From the NCBI GenBank assembly GCA_963662795.1, contig OY759746.1:1248001-1312000 (forward strand): a stretch of DNA of 64,000 nt. Direction: 5' to 3'. The DNA is from Spirochaetia bacterium (GTDB lineage: Bacteria > Spirochaetota > Spirochaetia > CADAEX01). The notes below the pieces were generated by a model that saw only the letters and a list, made by a program, of their open reading frames with translations, ran no database searches and was not told where the DNA came from. How positions within the stretch are numbered: position 1 is the first letter of the stretch; each line of letters opens with the position of its first letter. Below are positions 1 to 9,667 of this stretch, one piece after another. Position numbers and translations under genes: made by a program.

Positions 1-2
1 AG

Positions 3-1010
3 GAAGAGGAAGAGAAAAACAAGGAAAAGATGGAGCAGATTTTTCAGGTCATACATGTTGAGCCGTCAATAATGGCTGAATTTTTCGAAGATTCCCAAAT
101 TGAAATTGACCGGATAAATGATCTCCTGAAATCCAACAAGACAGAATATCATGAAATCCTGCGGGAAATATTTCTTTCTGTGCACTCAATAAAAGGCAAT
201 GCGCAGCTGCTGGGAATGAAAAATTTCGCAGCAATGATTCATAAACTTGAAGATAAAATAAAATTACTGCTTGAGGAAAAAGTAATTGAGTGGGAAAGTA
301 TCCTCGAATTTGCAATCCATCTGGGGGATATTCAGGAAGGAATCAAGGAACTTAAGGAAAGGATAAATGATATACTCAAGTTCCAGTCAAACTTCAAGGG
401 ATTATCCGAAAAGGCCGGTTTATTTGAAAGAGCTCTTCAGCGTGTTCTTTTTTCCGAAGGGGCCCAGGCAGGAAAAACTATAAACCTTGAGTGCAGCAAC
501 TTCAATTCAAAAGAAATTCCCGATAAACATAGAAAACTGATCAAGGATATTTTTGTACAGCTTGCAAGGAATGCAGTAAATCACGGAATTGAAACACCGG
601 AAACAAGGAAAATAAAAAAGAAAAAAGAGGAAGGCACTATTTTTATTTCAATGAAAAAAGACCCGGAAACAGGCTCAATTGAATACAGCTTTAAAGATGA
701 CGGAACCGGTATAAATATCGATTTGATATCCAAAAAAGCAAAAGAGGTCGGCCTTATAAAAGAAGGACAGTCTTTTTCAGTGCCGGATGCGGTAAAATTT
801 ATTTTTCATTCAGGTTTCAGCACAGCAAAGAATACAACTCTTGGCGCGGGAAGAGGAATCGGACTCTCTATAGTCAAATCAAGAGTAATTGCTGCAAACG
901 GCAGGATCAGGATAAAAACCCAGAAAGATAAATACTGTGAATATATAATAACCCTTCCTGAAAGCCCGGCAGAGCCGCAGCAGAAAGATCCTGAAAAAAG
1001 CTATGCATAG
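3..1010 (+). CDS. CheA-like histidine kinase (Hpt + HATPase), 5'-truncated by the window edge
   Basis: Hpt motif FLSVHSIKGNA; CheA-type ATPase boxes QLARNAVNHGIE, DDGTGI, IFHSGFSTA, GRGIGL. The frame is open back to base 3 (EEEEKNKEK-M). No C-terminal CheW-like domain. Confidence 0.8.
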   Translation, partial: EEEEKNKEKMEQIFQVIHVEPSIMAEFFEDSQIEIDRINDLLKSNKTEYHEILREIFLSVHSIKGNAQLLGMKNFAAMIHKLEDKIKLLLEEKVIEWESILEFAIHLGDIQEGIKELKERINDILKFQSNFKGLSEKAGLFERALQRVLFSEGAQAGKTINLECSNFNSKEIPDKHRKLIKDIFVQLARNAVNHGIETPETRKIKKKKEEGTIFISMKKDPETGSIEYSFKDDGTGINIDLISKKAKEVGLIKEGQSFSVPDAVKFIFHSGFSTAKNTTLGAGRGIGLSIVKSRVIAANGRIRIKTQKDKYCEYIITLPESPAEPQQKDPEKSYA

Positions 1011-1041
1011 CTTTTAATTATAAACAGTAAACTGTTTGAAA

Positions 1042-2193
1042 TTATGCCAATACAGGAACTATTGCAAGTAGAACACCTGCAGCTACTGCAGATCCGATAA
1101 CCCCGGCTACGTTGGGCCCCATTGCATGCATAAGCAGATAATTTTCAGGATCTGATTCCTGACCGACCTTGTTAACAACCCTTGCGGCCATAGGTACAGC
1201 GGAAACTCCCGCTGCTCCGATAAGAGGGTTTAAAGGATGTTTTTTCATAAATATATTCATGAATCTTGCAAGAAGAACTCCGGAAGCAGTACCTATCGAA
1301 AAAGCAATAAGGCCCAGAAGAAGAATCGCAAGAGTTTCAGGATTAAGAAATTTTTCAGCCTGAAGTTTGGATCCTACAGAAAGCCCGAGCATTATTGTTA
1401 CAAGATTTATAAGCTCATTCTGTGCCGCTTTGGAAAGCCTGTCTGTAACACCGCTTTCACGCAAAAGATTCCCGAACATAAGACAGCCGATAAGGGGAGT
1501 TGCTGTAGGGAGCAGAAGAATTGTAATTGAAAGTACTATTAAAGGGAAAAGGATTTTTTCCTTTTTGCTTACTTCCCGCAATTGTACCATTTTAATCTGC
1601 CGCTCTTTTGCAGTAGTAAGAAGCTTCATTATGGGCGGCTGGATTATGGGAACAAGGGCCATATAAGAGTAGGCAGCGACAGCAATTGCGCCGAGATACC
1701 GTTCTGAAAATCTGCTGGCAAGAAAAATTGCCGTAGGCCCGTCCGCCCCCCCTATAATACCTATAGACGCGGCATCGTAAAGGTTGAAATCAAACATTGA
1801 AAGACTGCCGAGAAACATGGCGCCGATCAGGGTAAAAAATATCCCGAACTGCGCTGCCGCCCCCAGAAAAAACATCGACGGGTTTGCAATAAGCGGACCG
1901 AAATCTGTCATCGCACCTACACCCATAAAAATGAAAAGGGGGAAAAGACCGCTTTCTATTCCAAACCCGTATATGATCCCTATAAATCCTTCAGGTCCTG
2001 CAATGCCTGCAATGGGGATATTGGCAAGAAGGCCGCCAAATCCGATAGGAATAAGGAGAAGAGGCTCAAAATTCTTGCTGATCGCAAGATAAAGGAGAAG
2101 AAAACTGATTCCTATCATTATAAGGGTTTTAATATCGAGATTCATTATTCCGGTTGAAATCCAGAAATTTTCAATAGCAGTAAGAAATACCAT
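1042..2193 (-). CDS. oadB: Na+-transporting carboxylic acid (oxaloacetate) decarboxylase beta subunit
   Basis: Signature motifs [51 protein letters not shown]; highly hydrophobic. Confidence 0.95.
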   Translation of the reverse strand: MVFLTAIENFWISTGIMNLDIKTLIMIGISFLLLYLAISKNFEPLLLIPIGFGGLLANIPIAGIAGPEGFIGIIYGFGIESGLFPLFIFMGVGAMTDFGPLIANPSMFFLGAAAQFGIFFTLIGAMFLGSLSMFDFNLYDAASIGIIGGADGPTAIFLASRFSERYLGAIAVAAYSYMALVPIIQPPIMKLLTTAKERQIKMVQLREVSKKEKILFPLIVLSITILLLPTATPLIGCLMFGNLLRESGVTDRLSKAAQNELINLVTIMLGLSVGSKLQAEKFLNPETLAILLLGLIAFSIGTASGVLLARFMNIFMKKHPLNPLIGAAGVSAVPMAARVVNKVGQESDPENYLLMHAMGPNVAGVIGSAVAAGVLLAIVPVLA

Positions 2194-2283
2194 TTTTAAC
2201 CCCTACACAAGTTAGGCAAGTGCCTGTTTTTTCACGACAATATTAATATTATAATATAAAACCAAAATATTTGATAACTTCTG

Positions 2284-2400
2284 TTATTCAAGTTCTGCAA
2301 GAGCCTGCCCGGTCGCAACATTTATCCAAAGTTACCACAGATTCGAATAAATCATATCTATCCGTTATTCAAGTTCGGCAAGAGCTTGCCCTGTTGCGAC
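2284..2400. repeat. Imperfect 36-bp direct repeat: a second copy of the last 11 codons plus stop of oadA (2284-2319 vs 2365-2400)
   Basis: ttattcaagttctgcaagagcctgcccggtcgcaac vs ttattcaagttcggcaagagcttgccctgttgcgac; both read VATGQALAELE* on the minus strand. Confidence 0.9.
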
Positions 2401-4290
2401 CTGGTCTCCCTGATTCACAAGAAAAGATTTTATTGTTCCGGATGAAGAAGCCTTAATCTCAGTTTCCATTTTCATGCTTTCAAGGACCAGAACAGGACTG
2501 CCTTTCTCAACACTGCTTCCAGGCTTTGCGATAAACCTCAAAACAGTCCCGGGAAGAGGCGATTTAATCACAGAGTCTCCTCCGGCACCAGAGGCGGATG
2601 AATCTGCCCCGCTGCCCTGCGGAGCAGATTTCTCAGCATCTGCCCCTGTGCCCGCAGCTTTAACCGAAGTTTTTACGGAAGACAGAGCTGAAAAGTCCAG
2701 ATCCTTTACATTGAAATCGACAACTTCATTGTTGACCATTGCCTTGTGTCCATCCATCTTTATCTTGAACTCTTTTCCGTTAACAGTTACCACAAACTCA
2801 CCCTTGTGAGGCGCTTTTTTGCCGCTGCCGGATGGAACAGCCGCTGACGCTGCTGCCCCGGAAGGTGAAGCAGGAATATCCTTGCTTTCAACTTTGAAAA
2901 CCTTTACTTCGCTTTTTCTTTCAATAAAAGTAAGCCCTTTCTCTCCGCAGATTGCAGAAATAAACAGGTTCTCCTCTGTAATCGGAAGCTTCTTTTCTCT
3001 CAGCTTCTCCTTTGCAACCTTCAGCCCCTTGGAAGGATCTTTATCATTATAATCAAGAACAGATCCGGTAAAAGGTTCTATTCCGAGTTTATCCTTTGCT
3101 ATGTTAATTATTTTCTCATCAGCCCTTACCGGGGTCTTGCCGAAATACCCAAGCACCATTTTACCATAGCCGTCAGCTATTCTTTCCCATGGGCCGAAAA
3201 ATTCGTTATTGAACGCCTGCTGAAAATAGAACTGTGAAACAGGTGTAACTGAGGTTCCGCCTCCTCCAAGTGAAATAACTTCACTCATTTTATCAAGAAC
3301 CTTGTGGTATCTTGCATCATCAATTCCCTGGTCTCTCATCATATTTGTGTTGGCGGTTAGCGCGCCGCCGGGCATTGCACAGAACAGAATATCAGGATCC
3401 GTTTTTCTGGCCTCAACCGGGAAAACATAATTCTCAAGGCATTTCTTTAAAACAGACTGCGCCTTTCTTACCCCTTCAATATCCACGTCAAGGTAATAAT
3501 CCGTCCCTTTAAGAACATGCCACAGAGAAACAATGTCCGGCTGCGCTGTTCCTCCCGAGACAGGAGAAAGAGAGACATCAAGCTGGTCTGCCCCCCCTTC
3601 AAGGGCGGCCATATATGTGGCAAGACAGATTCCTGCCGAAGCGTGGCTGTGATATACTATTTTTTTGTCATTTCCGATTATTTTCCTGGCTTCTTTTATT
3701 GTCTCATGAATTACGGAAGGCCGGGAAGTTCCGGCAGCATCCTTGAAACAGAGGGAATCATACTCAATTCCCGCATCAAGAATATTTTTAAGTATGCCTA
3801 TATAGAAATCCTTGTCATGTATACCGTGGATTGGAACAGGCATGTCCATGGTTGTAATGCATATCTCGTGTTTCAGTCCTGACAAACTTATGCATTTACC
3901 TGAATAAATAAGGTTGTCCACATCATTTAAGGCATCAAAGTTTCTAACTGTTGTGATTCCATGCTTTTTGAATAATTTAGCATGCATTGCTATGACATCT
4001 GAAGGGTGGGATTCAAGTCCTACGACATTAACCCCTCTTGACAGAGTCTGAAGATTGATATCCGGACCGCCTATTGTTCTATACTGTCCCATAACCTCAA
4101 AAGGGTTTTCGTTGCAGTAAAAAACAGAGGACTGAAACTGTGCCCCGCCCCCCACTTCAAAATGTTTGATGCCTGCATCGCAGGCCGCCTCAAATGCAGG
4201 CATGATATCAGCAGAAAGCACTCTGCTGCCGAAATAGGACTGGAACCCGTCCCTGAAGGCTGTTAACATGAAATCAATCTTTTTTTTCAT
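2365..4290 (-). CDS. oadA: Oxaloacetate decarboxylase alpha subunit (carboxyltransferase + biotin carrier)
   Basis: TAFRDGFQS, RNFDALND, CFKDAAG, HSH metal motif, MPGG, Ala/Ser-rich linker, C-terminal ESMKME biotinyl site; lies between oadG and oadB. Confidence 0.92.
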   Translation of the reverse strand: MKKKIDFMLTAFRDGFQSYFGSRVLSADIMPAFEAACDAGIKHFEVGGGAQFQSSVFYCNENPFEVMGQYRTIGGPDINLQTLSRGVNVVGLESHPSDVIAMHAKLFKKHGITTVRNFDALNDVDNLIYSGKCISLSGLKHEICITTMDMPVPIHGIHDKDFYIGILKNILDAGIEYDSLCFKDAAGTSRPSVIHETIKEARKIIGNDKKIVYHSHASAGICLATYMAALEGGADQLDVSLSPVSGGTAQPDIVSLWHVLKGTDYYLDVDIEGVRKAQSVLKKCLENYVFPVEARKTDPDILFCAMPGGALTANTNMMRDQGIDDARYHKVLDKMSEVISLGGGGTSVTPVSQFYFQQAFNNEFFGPWERIADGYGKMVLGYFGKTPVRADEKIINIAKDKLGIEPFTGSVLDYNDKDPSKGLKVAKEKLREKKLPITEENLFISAICGEKGLTFIERKSEVKVFKVESKDIPASPSGAAASAAVPSGSGKKAPHKGEFVVTVNGKEFKIKMDGHKAMVNNEVVDFNVKDLDFSALSSVKTSVKAAGTGADAEKSAPQGSGADSSASGAGGDSVIKSPLPGTVLRFIAKPGSSVEKGSPVLVLESMKMETEIKASSSGTIKSFLVNQGDQVATGQALAELE

Positions 4291-4304
4291 AAAATGTACT
4301 CTTC

Positions 4305-4490
4305 TTATCCTAACACACTTTTAAGCGCAGCAAGTGCGATTGCTATATCCTTGTCTTCCTTGTTCTTCAGTTTTCTGGTGTTTTTCCCTGAAAAAATAAT
4401 TGTAAGGATTTTTACAGCGCTTATCATAAGCCCGAGAAGAATAAAAACCGTTGTCATACCGATTAAAGTTATTGTTAAACCTGTGATCAT
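4305..4490 (-). CDS. oadG: Na+-decarboxylase gamma subunit (OadG family)
   Basis: 61 aa, single TM GLTITLIGMTTVFILL, C-terminal IAIALAA, GGAGG RBS, directly upstream of oadA. Confidence 0.85.
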   Translation of the reverse strand: MITGLTITLIGMTTVFILLGLMISAVKILTIIFSGKNTRKLKNKEDKDIAIALAALKSVLG

Positions 4491-4568
4491 ACCGGCCTCC
4501 TGTCTGATCTGATGAATGGGCCTTCATTTTTTACAATACATTATCGTATCAAATCCATTCATATATGT

Positions 4569-4597
4569 ATTATAAGCACAGATTTTTCAGTTGTCAA
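4569..4597 (-). promoter_or_regulatory. Sigma70-type promoter for oadGAB
   Basis: Perfect TTGACA-N17-TATAAT on the minus strand about 80 nt upstream of oadG. Confidence 0.8.
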
Positions 4598-4857
4598 TAG
4601 CAAGTTTTGCCGGGGATTAACACTCAGCTGAAAATGTTTTGGATTTTTACCTTGCACGGCAGCCTGTAAGCATTAAAGTTAAAATCAATGCTATTCTTTT
4701 CCTTATTCCTTTTTCTCTGTGGCAACAATAACTGCCGCGTCTGCAAAGTCCATCGTCAGGTCTCTGTATTTTTTTATTAATTCAATAATCCGGGCTTTCC
4801 ATTTGTGATATTTCATAAAAATGATATATTACATGAGCCTGTCATGAAATAATCCAA

Positions 4858-6261
4858 TTATCCAATAAGCACTTCTTCGACAGGGTAATCAAACTGGTTA
4901 TTGCTTTTTTTCCCGAAAAGATTCATTAGAATAAGAAGAAGCCCGAACCGTCCGGTAAACATTATCAGTATTATCACAATTTTACCCGGAACTGAAAGAT
5001 ACGGAGTTATGCCAAGCGACAGACCGACTGTTCCAAATGCTGAAAAACATTCAAATACCATTTCCATTATGGTAAATTTCATACTGCTGCCAAAGTAATG
5101 TTCCGATAAAGCCAGCAATAAAATATCGCAGCATAATATTGAAAATGCCTTTACCAGGTAAATAAGTGCCTTATAAATAGTGGAAGACGGTATTTTTCTT
5201 CTGAATAATATAAGATTTTTTCTCTCATCCATCTGCCGCAAGATTGCCAATAAAATTATAAAAAAAGTTGTCACTTTTATTCCGCCTGATATCGATCCCG
5301 GCGCTCCGCCTATAAACATCAATGGAATCAGTATCATTTGAGAAACTATATTCAAATGATCTACCGGAACTGTATTGAAACCTGCAGTCCTTGCCGTAAC
5401 TGAATGAAAAAACGAAACAAGGACTTTCCCACCCAGAGAAACACCGGAAAGGGATCTTTCGTTTTCCATAAAATAGAGAACAGCAGCTCCTGAAATAATC
5501 AAAATCAATGAACTCAATAATACTATTTTGGAATGTACGGTAAGATGTCTTTTTTTATTGATGATTTTTCTCACGATATCCCGGAAAACAACAAAACCAA
5601 TACCTCCTGAAATTATCAACAGCATTACAGTTATGTTTACGGCAGGATTTAACCAATAGTTCTCAAAACTATTGGAAAAGGTTGAAAAACCGGCATTGCA
5701 AAAAGCAGATACCGAATGAAAAACAGAAACAAAAAAAGTATTTTCCACACCCACCTTTAAGAACTGGAAATAAAGAATAAAAGCGCCCGCTGCCTCAATT
5801 GAAAATGTCATCAGCAATATTTGCTTTATAATATCAAACGGCTCATATTCAACCGAATCGAGATAATATTCCCTGATAATCCTGCTCCCTTTTATTGAAG
5901 GTTTACCTGAAGGAATTACGAGGTAGAAAGAGGAAAAACTTATAAGGCCCAGCCCTCCCGACTGTATGAGAAGCAGTATGACAGACTGCCCAAACTGGCT
6001 GTATAAAGATGTATCTACCGTTATCAATCCTGTAACACATACAGCCGATGCCGAAGTAAAAAAGGCATCTATGACCCCAAGCCTTCCTCCGCCATTCCAT
6101 GAAAAAGGCATATAAAGAAAAACAGTGCCCAAAAAAATCAGGGACAAAAAATAAATCAGGATAATACTTGTTTCCGATCTGATTTTATAAATCATGTTTT
6201 TTCCCGGTTCATCTTTCTGTCTCGAATTATTTTTCATTCTGATCGATAAATCTGTATCCAA
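4858..6261 (-). CDS. TrkH/KtrB-family K+ transporter membrane subunit (copy 1); true start possibly about 6195
   Basis: Four pore-loop motifs SAVCVTGL, SAFCNAGFS, TARTAGFN, SAFGTVGLS; GGAPGSISGGIK gate; C-terminal EEVLIG. Confidence 0.92.
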   Translation of the reverse strand: MDTDLSIRMKNNSRQKDEPGKNMIYKIRSETSIILIYFLSLIFLGTVFLYMPFSWNGGGRLGVIDAFFTSASAVCVTGLITVDTSLYSQFGQSVILLLIQSGGLGLISFSSFYLVIPSGKPSIKGSRIIREYYLDSVEYEPFDIIKQILLMTFSIEAAGAFILYFQFLKVGVENTFFVSVFHSVSAFCNAGFSTFSNSFENYWLNPAVNITVMLLIISGGIGFVVFRDIVRKIINKKRHLTVHSKIVLLSSLILIISGAAVLYFMENERSLSGVSLGGKVLVSFFHSVTARTAGFNTVPVDHLNIVSQMILIPLMFIGGAPGSISGGIKVTTFFIILLAILRQMDERKNLILFRRKIPSSTIYKALIYLVKAFSILCCDILLLALSEHYFGSSMKFTIMEMVFECFSAFGTVGLSLGITPYLSVPGKIVIILIMFTGRFGLLLILMNLFGKKSNNQFDYPVEEVLIG

Positions 6262-6922
6262 CGCCGGGTTCTGTGATGATCATTGACGGATTAGCTGGAT
6301 CTTCTTCAATTTTACGCCGTATCTGAAGTATATATATTCTTAAATATTGGCTTTCTTCCTGGAAGTTAGGCCCCCAAAGTTCCTTTAAAATATAATTCTG
6401 GGTAAGAACCTTGCCGGCATTTCTGGAGAGAAGAGTGAGCACTGCATATTCCCTGGGTGTAAATTTTACCTTTTCATCATCAACAGTGACAACCCGTTTA
6501 TTATAATCAATAATGATTCTTCCGGATTTAAAAACCTGTTGCTCCTTGCCTTTTATCTTATGCCTGAATGCCACTCTTATCCTTGCTTTCAGTTCATTTA
6601 TGCTGAAAGGTTTTGTCAGATAATCATCAGCTCCATTATCCAGCAATATGACCTTGTCTTTTTCGTAATCCCTCACTGTCAATACAATGATCGGTATGCT
6701 GCTCCACTCACGTATCTTTTTTACAAAATCAATTCCTTCCATATCCGGCAAACCAAGATCAAGTATTATAATATCCGGAGAAATCTCTGCCGCCAATCTT
6801 ATGCCGTCCTCTCCTGTTTCAGCTTCTGCAATGTTATACCCGCCTGACTCAAGACTGATCCTCAGGAATCTTCTTATCTGCACTTCATCATCTACAACAA
6901 GAATCAAACCGCCTTCATTCAT
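6227..6922 (-). CDS. kdpE: KdpE-like OmpR-family response regulator
   Basis: VVDDE, IILDLGLPDMEG, GADDYLTKPF, ELWGP..YLRIYILQIRRKIEEDPANP, TEPGVGYRF; TAATG-coupled to the kdpD-like gene. Confidence 0.88.
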   Translation of the reverse strand: MNEGGLILVVDDEVQIRRFLRISLESGGYNIAEAETGEDGIRLAAEISPDIIILDLGLPDMEGIDFVKKIREWSSIPIIVLTVRDYEKDKVILLDNGADDYLTKPFSINELKARIRVAFRHKIKGKEQQVFKSGRIIIDYNKRVVTVDDEKVKFTPREYAVLTLLSRNAGKVLTQNYILKELWGPNFQEESQYLRIYILQIRRKIEEDPANPSMIITEPGVGYRFIDQNEK

Positions 6923-8907
6923 TATAATTCTCCCTTTACTATCTCACTTCTTTGAAGAGGTATCCTGACGATAAATGCGGCACCGCCCATATCACTTTTT
7001 TCAACAATGATTGTTCCGCCGTGGATTTCGGTAATTTCCCTGCATATTGTAAGGCCAAGACCAAGTCCTCCTGTCTTGACCCCTTTTGATCTGTAAAATT
7101 TTCTGAAAATTTTCTCCCTCTCTCTTTCAGGTATGCCCGGCCCACTGTCACTCACAGATATAACTGTGTTTTCCTTCTCCATGAATATGCATAATCTGAT
7201 TATACTGTCTTTCGGTGTATAAAGAATGGCATTATAGAGAAGGTTTGTCAGTAAATGATCCATTAACATAAAATCAAATTTCAGCAGCGGTAAGCTATTG
7301 TCTATTTTTAACTGAAAATCATGCTGTTCAATCATCCGTCCGGTTTTCTTCTGAACAACGGCAACAAGTTCTCCGATATCATACCACTCAAGATTAAGAA
7401 TACTTTTATTGCTTTCTATCCGTATTGATCCGAGAAGATTGTCCACAATTCTGTTAAGTCTTTCTGATGCCTCAACTATATCGTTGGCAAATATCTTTCT
7501 TACTTCAGGTTTTTCTCCAAGGTTTTCATCTATCAAACCGTTGGCTGCCGTAGATATTGTAGTAATTGGTGTTTTCAGTTCATGGGAAACAGAATTCAGC
7601 AGAATCTGATAAATTTTTTCCGATTCTTCGGCAAGCCTGATTCTTTGCCATGTCCTGTTATATTCACTCCTTTCCACAGCTATTGTTATCTGTGATACCA
7701 GCGAGACAAACAGGTTTTCCTGCTCTATTGTAAATCCGTTATCCTGATTTTTATCTATTACAAGTACTCCTGCCGGAGTGGATTGCGTCAGCATTGGGAA
7801 AAAATAATATTCCGAATTGCTGAACATCTCGGTTCCATTCCCTGCCGGTTTTCCCTTTTTATAACACCAGAGAGCAAGGTTAAACTCATTGGCAGTTAAA
7901 GAAAAATCACTTTCTTTATGCACTTCCCGGGAAAGATTGTTATCTTCATCCCGCAGAAAAATTGTTACATGTACTGCAAAAATGCTTTTTAAAAGCTTCA
8001 TTGATTTTTCTATCAGATCATCGAGATTATTGGATTCATTAAGAATTCTGCCCATCCTGTAAAGCTCTTCGAGATTTTTTTCCCGTCTCCTTAAAAATGA
8101 ATCTTTGATCCTCAGCCTTGTTGTTAAATTGCCGATTATAAAAGCAGTGATGAAATACATCAGAAACATGAGAAGGTCTTCCAGACGGTCAATGTAAAAG
8201 GTAAACCTTGGCTGTAAAAAAAGGAAATTCCACAATATTGCACTAAGGCTCGCAAAATAAAGCACAGGTCCTTTTGAATAAATACTTGCTATCACCGCCA
8301 CAGCGGCCAGCAGAATAAATCCGACTGAAAGATAATTAATATATTGATTCAAATAAAGATTGATTCCGATCAATAGCGTGAGCCAGATCGTTACCAGCAA
8401 AAAATCGGCAGGAGTTTTATCTGTGGCAAAAAAAGGGTTCCCGAACAGCAGGGATCTGTTTTTATTTTGTTTAATCTGTTCGGATATGACAAAAATATCA
8501 ATCCCGCCGCTTTTTTTTATCAATGAGTCAACGATATTTCTATCGGGAGAAAAAATAGAATGTTTATAGCCGAGCGGTTTCCCAATAACAATATGTGAAA
8601 TATTATGTTGCCTGGCAATCCTTAATATGCCGTCTGTTGTATCATCATCAAGGGAAACAAAAAGTTCGGCACCCAACTCAGTCACAAGCTCAATATTTTT
8701 TTTCAACTGGCTGTTTTCATCTTCTGAAAGTTTCCGGCTTGTCTGAATATAGACAGCCGACCAGGGAACTTTCTGCTGCATTGCAAACTTTCGGGTCCAT
8801 TTTACAATGTATTGAGAATAAGGACTTGCACTTATTGCCACAAGATAACCGGGAATTGTTTCCATTTTTTTCCGCTTATTTTCTGAATACATCCGTATAC
8901 CACTCAA
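6922..8907 (-). CDS. KdpD-like sensor histidine kinase lacking the N-terminal KdpD ATP-binding domain (USP-4TM-GAF-HisKA-HATPase)
   Basis: Begins directly with a USP domain (LVAISASPYS); 4 TM with WNFLFLQPRFTF; GAF; SVSHELKTP H-box; N/G1/G2 boxes; only 661 aa. Confidence 0.88.
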   Translation of the reverse strand: MSGIRMYSENKRKKMETIPGYLVAISASPYSQYIVKWTRKFAMQQKVPWSAVYIQTSRKLSEDENSQLKKNIELVTELGAELFVSLDDDTTDGILRIARQHNISHIVIGKPLGYKHSIFSPDRNIVDSLIKKSGGIDIFVISEQIKQNKNRSLLFGNPFFATDKTPADFLLVTIWLTLLIGINLYLNQYINYLSVGFILLAAVAVIASIYSKGPVLYFASLSAILWNFLFLQPRFTFYIDRLEDLLMFLMYFITAFIIGNLTTRLRIKDSFLRRREKNLEELYRMGRILNESNNLDDLIEKSMKLLKSIFAVHVTIFLRDEDNNLSREVHKESDFSLTANEFNLALWCYKKGKPAGNGTEMFSNSEYYFFPMLTQSTPAGVLVIDKNQDNGFTIEQENLFVSLVSQITIAVERSEYNRTWQRIRLAEESEKIYQILLNSVSHELKTPITTISTAANGLIDENLGEKPEVRKIFANDIVEASERLNRIVDNLLGSIRIESNKSILNLEWYDIGELVAVVQKKTGRMIEQHDFQLKIDNSLPLLKFDFMLMDHLLTNLLYNAILYTPKDSIIRLCIFMEKENTVISVSDSGPGIPEREREKIFRKFYRSKGVKTGGLGLGLTICREITEIHGGTIIVEKSDMGGAAFIVRIPLQRSEIVKGEL

Positions 8908-8998
8908 TACTTGTATTTTTTGATAATCTTGTCAAATAAATCCCGGGATTTCCTCTTCCCTTTCTTATTCCATCCTTATTATTTTCATACTTGCCGGA

Positions 8999-9649
8999 TC
9001 ACCCTTCAAGAGCGGGAATATCATCGCTTTTCCCGAGAACATACAGTACCGTATCAGGCATAAGCGTAAAATCAGGGGCAGGATTGAGCACAATTCCATT
9101 TTTTAAGACTTCTTTGACAGCTATTACATTTATATTATACCGCTTACGCAGGTTAAGCTCATTAAGTTTTTTATTTTCGAATTTGTTTGGAAGCGCTATT
9201 TCAAATATCCCGTATTCAGGAGAAAGAGGCAGATAATCAAGCAGATTTTTGTTTGAAAGTTTTTTCGAAAGCTGTTTTGCATAATCAATTTCCGGATTTA
9301 TTGTCAGGGTTGCTCCAAGTTTTTCTATTATTACTCCGTGTTCTTCACTTGATACTTTTACAATTACGTTTTTCACACCAAGTTTTTTTACTGCCATTGT
9401 AACGAGAATTGAATCCTCAAGAGAATCGACAAGATTGATTATAACCGCATCAATGTTTTTATTAATAAAATTCTTAAGAAAATCCACTTCCTTGAAATCG
9501 CTTATAACGGCATGGGCTACAATATCCTTAAGCCTGTTTATAAGAGCTTCATCCCTGTCTATTACTATCACATCATGACCTTTTTTTGCCAATTCACTTG
9601 CAAGAGTAAATCCAAAACTTTTAAGTCCGATCACTGCATACTGTTTCAT
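8999..9649 (-). CDS. TrkA/KtrA-family RCK regulatory subunit (copy 1)
   Basis: RCK_N AVIGLKSFG..VIVID, INPE; RCK_C LNLRKRYNINVIAVK. Confidence 0.9.
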   Translation of the reverse strand: MKQYAVIGLKSFGFTLASELAKKGHDVIVIDRDEALINRLKDIVAHAVISDFKEVDFLKNFINKNIDAVIINLVDSLEDSILVTMAVKKLGVKNVIVKVSSEEHGVIIEKLGATLTINPEIDYAKQLSKKLSNKNLLDYLPLSPEYGIFEIALPNKFENKKLNELNLRKRYNINVIAVKEVLKNGIVLNPAPDFTLMPDTVLYVLGKSDDIPALEG

Positions 9650-9667
9650 TTTTCCTGCCTGGATATA

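Noticed and set aside
2284-2367. Stop-codon readthrough of oadA into the in-frame repeat
   Set aside because: A second in-frame TAA lies in the 45-nt spacer.
2271-2456. 61-aa plus-strand ORF with an internal SVIQV repeat
   Set aside because: It is the antisense shadow of the duplicated oadA end; the substitutions are silent only on the minus strand.
8908-8998. Possible remnant of the KdpD N-terminus (RGNPGILFDKIIKK) upstream of the kinase
   Set aside because: Too short and weak to distinguish from chance.
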